IMG/VR virus record: IMGVR_UViG_3300048583_000100 | Coordinates: 33,428-97,427 of that record | Direction: 5' to 3' (one strand) | From: a virus | DNA: 64,000 bases | Shown: one piece after another, positions 58,071 to 64,000 of the stretch | How the letters are laid out: every line of letters starts with the position of its first letter | How positions within the stretch are numbered: position 1 is the stretch's first letter | Notes under the pieces: model-generated | Seen by the model: only the letters and a program-made list of their open reading frames with translations | Told to the model about the DNA's origin: nothing | Database searches by the model: none | Made by a program: the position numbers and the translations under genes

Positions 58071-58604
58071 TTACACGGCTCTCGTGGACTTACTGCCCAT
58101 CTTAGCTTTTGCCTTGTCCCACTTCTTCAAAACTTCCTCTAGCGAGGTCGACCAAATTCCTACGAGTGAACCAACCGGATCACCGGCCTTCATGCGAGGC
58201 TTTGGTGAGTTGAGTCGTGTCTGTGCTTCTTGACCCCAGCCACCATTGGTTGAATAACGGATCTGACCATTTGCGAAAATCTTGTACTGCGCGTTGAACT
58301 TCTTGCCGCTTGGATACACGCGATTTGTTTCAAACGAGAGTGTGCCCTTCTTTTCAGAAGCCGGCAGCTCCACATACTTCATGCCATCAGCGCCAGTAGC
58401 CTTCTTGAAAATTGCCGTGTCCTTGAACTTCTTCAAAGCTTCAGCAATATCGTCCTTGGTAATGTCCATCGTATCAAGCCAATCGAGAACAGATCCAAGA
58501 AGCTGCTTCTTGTCATCGTCGTAGCGTGGCGAGTAGTAAGCGCCAGCGCTTAGGTTGCGCTTCGGCGAGCTCTGTACTGCTTCAAAGAGGTCAGATACTT
58601 TCAT
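58071..58604 (-). CDS. Late protein (MKVSDLFEA), putative internal head protein
   Basis: ATAAATA at 58639..58645 upstream. Confidence 0.7.
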   Translation of the reverse strand: MKVSDLFEAVQSSPKRNLSAGAYYSPRYDDDKKQLLGSVLDWLDTMDITKDDIAEALKKFKDTAIFKKATGADGMKYVELPASEKKGTLSFETNRVYPSGKKFNAQYKIFANGQIRYSTNGGWGQEAQTRLNSPKPRMKAGDPVGSLVGIWSTSLEEVLKKWDKAKAKMGSKSTRAV

Positions 58605-58674
58605 GATTGCATTTCCAGGAGGTGGTTGTTCATGCTCTTATTTATCCAGATGTCACGATGGTGACACCGAAAGA

Positions 58675-58750
<76 letters not shown>

Positions 58751-58759
58751 ACATTGTGT

Positions 58760-59215
58760 TTATTTATCACCAGCAAGAAGCTTGGCAGCCTTCCTGACGA
58801 TTGAAGCCTGTGACTTTCTGCCCTGAGCAATGAACTGCTTCTCGGTTAGCCAGTGAGTCGACTTGGTTTCGTAGTGGGGTTTCTTGAAGTCGTCTTTGTC
58901 CTTGACCTCGCCCATGTAAATCGTCATCTTGTAAGACTCTTTCTTACCACGGACCTTGCTAGAGAAGACTACTTGAATGGTTTCCTTGATGAGATTGCCA
59001 CGCTTAAGACCGAGTTCCTCTCGACCTTCACGAAGCGCAGCTTCATATACGCCCTCACCAGTGTCAATTCCGCCCTTAGCTAGCTGGGGTTCTGCACCAC
59101 CATACTGCGCTTTAGAAGGCGTCATGAAGTAAAAGAGCGGCTCACCATTCTCATAGACATAGGGGATGAATCCGGCACGCTCTCTCACGTCAGGTAGAAT
59201 CTCGTCTAGCTTCAT
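58760..59215 (-). CDS. Nudix hydrolase (MKLDEIL N-terminus)
   Basis: KGGIDTGEGVYEAALREGREELGL Nudix box. Confidence 0.92.
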   Translation of the reverse strand: MKLDEILPDVRERAGFIPYVYENGEPLFYFMTPSKAQYGGAEPQLAKGGIDTGEGVYEAALREGREELGLKRGNLIKETIQVVFSSKVRGKKESYKMTIYMGEVKDKDDFKKPHYETKSTHWLTEKQFIAQGRKSQASIVRKAAKLLAGDK

Positions 59216-59220
59216 GAACC

Positions 59221-59667
59221 TTACTTTACAGCCTTAGGCTTCTTGATCTGTAGGTCCATGTTTACGAAGTTGTTACCCTGCATACCCTGCTCGGAGTAAC
59301 CGACGCTCTTCACGTACTGTGTGAGCTTCTTCTTGTCAAGGAGTTCCTTGAAGGACTTGAGGAAGTTCGAGTCAGTGTAGATGAGGTCATGCTTCGATGC
59401 CTTGTAGCCGTCAAGCACGATGTCGATGACGCCGTCAGCGGTCTTGCTACCATCATTTTCTTCGTCGAAGTAGTGAGGACGAATTGCCTTGATGACGAAG
59501 GTCATCTCTTCATCGTTCTTACCCCATAGACCACGGCTCTTCTTGCCATAGGCCTTGACCTTTGAGCCGACTAGAGCTGCGCTCATAGCCTTCAGAATTT
59601 CCTTGGTCGTTGTAGGAACTGGAGCAGCCTCGTTTACAACCTGCTTGATTAGTTCGAATGTCTTCAT
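59221..59667 (-). CDS. Late protein (MKTFELIKQVVNEA), putative internal head protein
   Basis: ATAAATA at 59708..59714; IYTD..F and YSEQGMQG motifs. Confidence 0.7.
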   Translation of the reverse strand: MKTFELIKQVVNEAAPVPTTTKEILKAMSAALVGSKVKAYGKKSRGLWGKNDEEMTFVIKAIRPHYFDEENDGSKTADGVIDIVLDGYKASKHDLIYTDSNFLKSFKELLDKKKLTQYVKSVGYSEQGMQGNNFVNMDLQIKKPKAVK

Positions 59668-59719
59668 GTTGATTCCTTAGAATGGATGGAGCACTTGGTT
59701 CGCAGGGTATTTATTGCTC

Positions 59720-60391
59720 TTACCACATTAGATCGAAGAACCCGCCGAGAACTTTGTCACACTTTACAGTGCAGCCGCTCGCATGATCCTTTACGACATT
59801 GTCTTGGAAGCGGTACGTTCTCATCTTGTCACCTCTCATACCTGAGCCGACCTGCTGCTTACGCGTAGAAGACAGCTCTGCTCCAGCGATCATAGACTGT
59901 CGACGGTTGACTCTTTCGAGGATTGCTGTCTTAGCTTCGTCAAGGGAATTCTCTCGACTACGACATGATGCTGTGGCTGTGGTTGAGGTCGGGATATGGA
60001 TGATGCGACAGGAGTTCTGGGTCTTGTTACGATGCTGCCCACCAGGTCCAGTTCCGGAGTACCACTCTATGCGGAAGTCGCGATCGTTAAATTCGATTCG
60101 CTTTACTTCCTTTGGGTCTATGATTGCGACAGTGACGGTAGACGAATGAACACGTCCACGTTTTTCATTCGGTGGGATTCGCTGAACGCGATGGCCACCG
60201 GACTCTTTCTGAAGCTCTGATAGATCGTCGCCCGTTACTTCAATTGAAAGTTCACCGGGCCTATCGTCTATCAGGCGGTGAGTTCAACCGAAGCGAACGA
60301 ACATTTTGGTGTAAGCCTTCGCCAGATCACGTGCGAACAGCTTAGCATCTTCTCCGCCTTCGGCGGCTCTTAGTTCGATAATGCGCTTCAT
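59720..60391 (-). CDS. Class I peptide chain release factor homologue lacking domain 1, with in-frame TGA at codon 36 (not in the ORF track)
   Basis: Manual translation: MKRIIELRAAEGGEDAKLFARDLAKAYTKMFVRFG*THRL...KESGGHRVQRIPPNEKRGRVHSSTVTVA...SGTGPGGQHRNKT...GSGMRGDKMRTYRF...MW; SD AAGGAG; 224 codons, same frame on both sides of the TGA. Confidence 0.9.
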
Positions 60392-60402
60392 TGAATTACT
60401 CC

Positions 60403-60606
60403 TTAGATTGGATCACACTCTCCGCGTTCGATCATTATTGCTCGAACTGCGTCATTTACTTCTTGCTTCTCTTCTTCGCTAAGCTCCCACCAAAGGGTGT
60501 CTAGCTTATCTAGAATTTCATCTTCTACGCTATCGTCGGCATTGCCATCTCGCGCAGCCAGAAGATACCGAGTTTCTTCCATGTACTTTTCGACTTTCGT
60601 TGTCAT
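60403..60606 (-). CDS. Small acidic hypothetical protein
   Basis: Coupled to def. Confidence 0.6.
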   Translation of the reverse strand: MTTKVEKYMEETRYLLAARDGNADDSVEDEILDKLDTLWWELSEEEKQEVNDAVRAIMIERGECDPI

Positions 60607-61091
60607 GCTACATTCCTTTCTTCTGGGTCGGCATACTTATCGAAGGTGATGCCATTGAGATGGTCGAGTTCGTGCTGGAAGCAAATAGCGTCAATGCCAT
60701 CCAGATCAAGAGTGAACTCCTCAAAGTTCTCGTCGACGGCCTGGACTTGAATGCTGTTTGGACGAGCAACAGTCATTGCGACACCAGGAAAACTGAGACA
60801 CCCTTCCTTGAAGGGTTCGCGCTTTCGACTGACGGATAGAATTTCTGGATTGATGAACACTCTACGACCAACACTCTTGGGGTATCCAGTTTTGCTGGTG
60901 TCCATCACGAAGATGCGGGCGGCACAGTCCACCTGAATAGCAGCAAGCCCGATCGCCCCGTGATAGTACATGGTTTCAAACATGTCAGGTACGAAATGAT
61001 TTATCAGGAAGTTGCCAGCTTCGTCGTCGCGTACAGCAATGCTATGACAGTGAAGTCTCAGGTCTGGACTTTTGAGAAGCGGCAGAATCAT
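60603..61091 (-). CDS. def: Peptide deformylase
   Basis: AIGLAAIQV, EGCLS, QHELDHLNG. Confidence 0.96.
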   Translation of the reverse strand: MILPLLKSPDLRLHCHSIAVRDDEAGNFLINHFVPDMFETMYYHGAIGLAAIQVDCAARIFVMDTSKTGYPKSVGRRVFINPEILSVSRKREPFKEGCLSFPGVAMTVARPNSIQVQAVDENFEEFTLDLDGIDAICFQHELDHLNGITFDKYADPEERNVA

Positions 61092-61107
61092 GGGTACGCT
61101 CTAGAAT

Positions 61108-61181
61108 TGGTCTCGCTGGTGGGATTCGAACCCTACAAACTCAACCTTCGGAGGGTCGAGACCGATCCATCGGCAGCGAGA
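61108..61181 (-). tRNA. Atypical tRNA-Arg(CCG)
   Basis: Acceptor CTCGCTG/CAGCGAG + A-CCA; anticodon loop CTCCGAA; T-loop TTCGAAT; D-arm reduced. Confidence 0.65.
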
Positions 61182-61217
61182 TATTGGTGGGTCGCAATCT
61201 ATTTAAGCGACCGTATG

Positions 61218-61457
61218 TCAGTGGGTAATCAGCCCCAGCATCTCTGCTAGATGACTGAAACCTGGGACCTTAGTCCAGAGAAAATGTTCAAGCGGGAAGA
61301 GCAGAGTCTGCGCTGCCCAGAAGGACGGCATCTTCACGAAGCTCTTACAGTGGTGATAGCACTTGACTAGAAAACCCCGCTCGTCTGCATGAAAATGTGG
61401 AGGGCAGTTGTGGTGATCGTCAAGATTGATATGAGGGTGTTCGTGGTCATGCGCCAT
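61218..61457 (-). CDS. His-rich small protein
   Basis: Probable start MAHDHEHPH. Confidence 0.5.
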   Translation of the reverse strand: MAHDHEHPHINLDDHHNCPPHFHADERGFLVKCYHHCKSFVKMPSFWAAQTLLFPLEHFLWTKVPGFSHLAEMLGLITH

Positions 61458-61492
61458 GTTTTCATTCTCTAAAGTAGGGTGGAACAAACGGG

Positions 61493-61891
61493 TTACTTCT
61501 TTGCGTTTAGAATTTCCTCAATGGCGGATGCACTGCCACGAATGTAAATCTCAGCCTTAGGCTTTCTGTCTCTAAAGCTTGAGCTGACGGAAACTTCAAC
61601 TCCAGATGGGTGCTTGAATTTTGCACCGTAAGTATCGCTAGAGAAGTCTCCGCGAGACGAGCCACCATCGGCTCTCATGTCAGCCTTATCGAACCCCAAT
61701 GTTCTGAGGTATTCGTTAGCGCCATGATCTTTTGCGGTATGATTGAGATTAGAAGAATACGAAAGACTTGAGCCAGTGCTCGACGTGTTCTTTACAGTCG
61801 GCTTTGCGTAACCGCAATGCTTGGCTATTTCAGTAGCCAGCGTAAGTGCGGGGTCCTTGCTGACAGCTTCGAGCAGGTCATTGAGTTTCAT
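61493..61891 (-). CDS. Late protein (MKLNDLLEA), putative internal head protein
   Basis: ATAAATA at 61914..61920. Confidence 0.7.
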   Translation of the reverse strand: MKLNDLLEAVSKDPALTLATEIAKHCGYAKPTVKNTSSTGSSLSYSSNLNHTAKDHGANEYLRTLGFDKADMRADGGSSRGDFSSDTYGAKFKHPSGVEVSVSSSFRDRKPKAEIYIRGSASAIEEILNAKK

Positions 61892-61924
61892 TAGAGTCTT
61901 CCGTTGAAAATTCTATTTATGCAA

Positions 61925-62001
61925 TGGTGCGCCCAGAGGGACTCGAACCCCCGGCCACAGACTTAGAAGGTCCGTGCTCTATCCAGCTGAGCTATGGGCG
62001 C
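61925..62001 (-). tRNA. tRNA-Arg(TCT)
   Basis: Canonical cloverleaf; loop CTTCTAA; CCA. Confidence 0.95.
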
Positions 62002-62010
62002 AGAATTTAA

Positions 62011-62163
62011 TCACGTGAGCTGGGTTCGAAACCAGCTGCTTCCTTGGTTGATAGCTATCGGGGCCAGATCGGCAGACCTCCCCGCTTCACTTCAACCCAG
62101 ATCCCACTCCGCCGATAACGGAAGCATAGGGGTTAATGCGTGTCCTTCCACGCCGTTACGCGA
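62011..62163 (-). ncRNA. tRNA-like RNA with a roughly 100-nt domain in place of the anticodon arm
   Basis: Terminal stem, D-like hairpin GCGTG-GAAGGA-CACGC, T-like hairpin AGCTGG-TTTCGAAC-CCAGCT, internal TGCTTCC/GGAAGCA stem. Confidence 0.55.
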
Positions 62164-62170
62164 TATCGAT

Positions 62171-62479
62171 TTAGTTCTGTAGCGCTTGCTTGTAAGACTT
62201 CATGTCGTAGTAGCGAGTACCGTTGACGTGCATTGAGGCGTAGGAATTGATCGTGTCAACTCCATTCTTCTCAACGTTCCATACAAAGGTTTCTGAATTG
62301 CCGCGATTGTCTTCCCACTTGGACGTAAACGTTGAGTGCTCGATAGAGCCGCTCTTGTTTCGGTATGGGCAGTAGTCGTGAGTTTCAATGCAGCGATAGT
62401 CATGCGCTTCGGTATAACGGGTGAGGATGTACCTCTTCAAGATTCCGTTTTCGTAGAAGTCTTCGCGTGTAGTGATCAT
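62171..62479 (-). CDS. Hypothetical protein
   Basis: ORF within the tRNA region. Confidence 0.55.
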   Translation of the reverse strand: MITTREDFYENGILKRYILTRYTEAHDYRCIETHDYCPYRNKSGSIEHSTFTSKWEDNRGNSETFVWNVEKNGVDTINSYASMHVNGTRYYDMKSYKQALQN

Positions 62480-62709
62480 CGCATTGCCTCGTATCGAGCC
62501 ATCTCTAAATCGTAATGGCTGGGCAAACCAGCATCAATCAAATCGGCATCATCAATGATTGCCTCGATGAGACTGCATTCTTCTGCGGTGTGGAATTGAC
62601 AGTGAGACCGTCCCCAAAATGCTTTAGCGATTGCTTCATTCGAGGGAGGATTGTTGCGGAGCTTCGCTAGCGGATGCAGGTCCTCACTCACGGCATGTAC
62701 CTCAAAAAT

Positions 62710-62784
62710 TGGTGCTTCCTGTCGGTTTCGAACCAACGACCTCTTCGATGTCAACGAAGCGCTCTACCACTGAGCTAAGGAAGC
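62710..62784 (-). tRNA. tRNA-Val(GAC)
   Basis: Cloverleaf; CTTCG-TTGACAT-CGAAG; CCA. Confidence 0.95.
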
Positions 62785-62793
62785 ATTTGAATT

Positions 62794-62867
62794 TGGTGCT
62801 CCCACCTGGTAGTGACCCAGGGTTTCCGCTTTACCAAAGCGGTGTAATGCCTTTATACTATAGGAGC
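62794..62867 (-). tRNA. tRNA-Thr(GGT), second copy with non-canonical T-loop
   Basis: CCGCT-TTGGTAA-AGCGG; T-arm CCTGG-GTCACTA-CCAGG; CCA. Confidence 0.8.
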
Positions 62868-63541
62868 GTCTTTATCTGTGACCATTCGAGCTGCTGTTCT
62901 CCAAGAACGATCACTCGAATTGCGTTGCGCTGTTGTGCTTGTGATATTTTGTTCGCATCTTTAGTCTGCAGATAGCTATTCTTTGGGTCGAGATAAACAT
63001 CAAAATCAGGTAGGTAAAAATCGGGGTAATATTTGTTTCCCAAATCAGTCCAAACAAATCCGATTTTTGGTCTTTGCCACTGTATACTATTCTCATCCAA
63101 AGATTCAGCCACCCGCACTTCCCATTTTGAATCGAACCATGTGTCGCGATACCATTGACCCCTGTTGGGATGCGGTCTGTAGCCGCCTAGGTTGCGAGCT
63201 TTGGCTGAGTCTGATAATTTTTTCCTACCAGCCTCAGTGTATTGCTTAACGACAATTTTATTGGCCTCGGCAACTGTTCTCGTTTTCATGAATGGCGTGA
63301 GAGCGCTTACCGCAACATTCATTTTCTTAGCCACGTCTCTAAGACTTAATCCTGAGTCATAGAGTTCCTGCGCTTTATATTTGTCAATTGCCGTCTTTGC
63401 GGGATCGCGTAATAGACCACGCTTTTTGAATCTAGAAATCTGACTCGCATGTAAATGATATTTCGTGCACACTGCCTTCCAGGTGCCTATCTTGTCGGCT
63501 TCAGATTGAAGCCAATCGAAATCATATTCGATTCTGCCCAT
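62858..63541 (-). CDS. HTH + PD-(D/E)XK endonuclease (homing-endonuclease-like) inserted in the tRNA cluster
   Basis: SGLSLRDVAKKM HTH; FDSKWE, YYPDFYLPDFDVYLDPK; AT-rich; own TATAAATA at 63569..63576. Confidence 0.75.
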   Translation of the reverse strand: MGRIEYDFDWLQSEADKIGTWKAVCTKYHLHASQISRFKKRGLLRDPAKTAIDKYKAQELYDSGLSLRDVAKKMNVAVSALTPFMKTRTVAEANKIVVKQYTEAGRKKLSDSAKARNLGGYRPHPNRGQWYRDTWFDSKWEVRVAESLDENSIQWQRPKIGFVWTDLGNKYYPDFYLPDFDVYLDPKNSYLQTKDANKISQAQQRNAIRVIVLGEQQLEWSQIKTLL

Positions 63542-63610
63542 AGCATTTATCCTTGAAAAAGCTAAGAATATTTATAGGAAGGACGTGTGCCATCATTGTA
63601 CGTGAATATC

Positions 63611-63687
63611 TGGCGGGGCGGACGGGACTTGAACCCGCGACCTCCGGCGTGACAGGCCAGCATTCTAACCAGCTGAACTACCGCCCC
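63611..63687 (-). tRNA. tRNA-Asp(GTC)
   Basis: Canonical cloverleaf; loop CTGTCAC; CCA. Confidence 0.96.
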
Positions 63688-63693
63688 TAAATT

Positions 63694-63787
63694 TGGCCCA
63701 CTGCCCAGTTTCCGAGACTGGTTTTCCTTAAGGGAATCGAACCCCTCACCAACCGCGCGCGTCGTTGGTCGCCAAAGTGCAGTGGAT
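63694..63787 (-). ncRNA. Rearranged tRNA-like RNA ending in CCA
   Basis: CCACTGC/GCAGTGG terminal stem + GCCA; canonical T-arm in an internal position. Confidence 0.5.
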
Positions 63788-63795
63788 AAATCATT

Positions 63796-63869
63796 TGGAG
63801 GCGTGGCCCAGAATCTAACTGGGGTACCAAGGGTTGCAGCCTCGTGCATAAACACTCTGCCACCACGCC
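63796..63869 (-). tRNA. tRNA-Cys(GCA)
   Basis: CGAGG-CTGCAAC-CCTTG; U73 discriminator; CCA. Confidence 0.92.
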
Positions 63870-63877
63870 AAATTTTG

Positions 63878-64000
63878 TTACTCGATCTTTTTACCTGCGG
63901 TACCGAGGGCCATCTTCGTATGAAGCTCGCCGCCGATTTCACGCTGGTAGAAATACTTCTTGAGCTCTGGATGTAGCTTAAGCTCGTTGTCATTTTCTGG
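63878..64000 (-). CDS. 3' end of a gene running off the window
   Basis: Open frame ...PENDNELKLHPELKKYFYQREIGGELHTKMALGTAGKKIE*. Confidence 0.5.
   Translation of the reverse strand, partial: PENDNELKLHPELKKYFYQREIGGELHTKMALGTAGKKIE

Noticed and set aside
59686-60220. Plus-strand ORFs 59686..59868, 59799..60149 and 59996..60220
   Set aside because: They lie antisense to the release-factor gene.
60280-60295. prfB-type +1 frameshift at the release-factor UGA
   Set aside because: No CTT-TGA slippery site, and the downstream RF motifs are in the same frame.
59720-60391. Genome-wide UGA-to-Trp recoding
   Set aside because: Many genes end at TGA with tight ATGA-type overlaps, Trp is encoded by TGG elsewhere (including this gene), and no TCA-anticodon tRNA is in the window.
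63562-63993. 143-aa ORF across the tRNA cluster
   Set aside because: It runs through tRNA-Cys and tRNA-Asp, so it is a chance open frame.

Overview
This 64 kb window comes from a large lytic dsDNA phage with T4-like gene regulation (jumbo-phage-type content). The host is probably a proteobacterium (inference). Most genes lie on the minus strand. Main contents: nucleotide metabolism (thyA, DHFR, kinases, NTP pyrophosphohydrolase); a two-subunit type II topoisomerase; a cytosine-modification cluster (gp42-like dCMP hydroxymethylase, T4 beta-glucosyltransferase homologue, and sugar-nucleotide enzymes that T4 lacks); a block of small early genes with three 4-copy repeat arrays in front of promoters; a plus-strand tail-fibre cluster; and a translation/RNA-repair region (Ro60/TROVE, peptide deformylase, release-factor homologue, at least 7 tRNAs, tRNA-like RNAs). 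Four candidate novelties stand out. (1) A Ro60 operon led by two Y-RNA-like RNAs sharing an ACCGG...TTGGTTATC stem-bulge motif; one is about 340 nt and carries a large multi-hairpin/pseudoknot domain. (2) A domain-1-less class I release factor, absent from the ORF track, with an in-frame UGA at codon 36 followed by a hairpin, suggesting programmed readthrough. (3) About 11 late genes with T4-like capsid-targeting N-termini, i.e. a probable set of injected enzymes. (4) A probable non-standard sugar pathway for hmC glycosylation. All homology calls come from motif recognition by eye; no database search or folding program was run.
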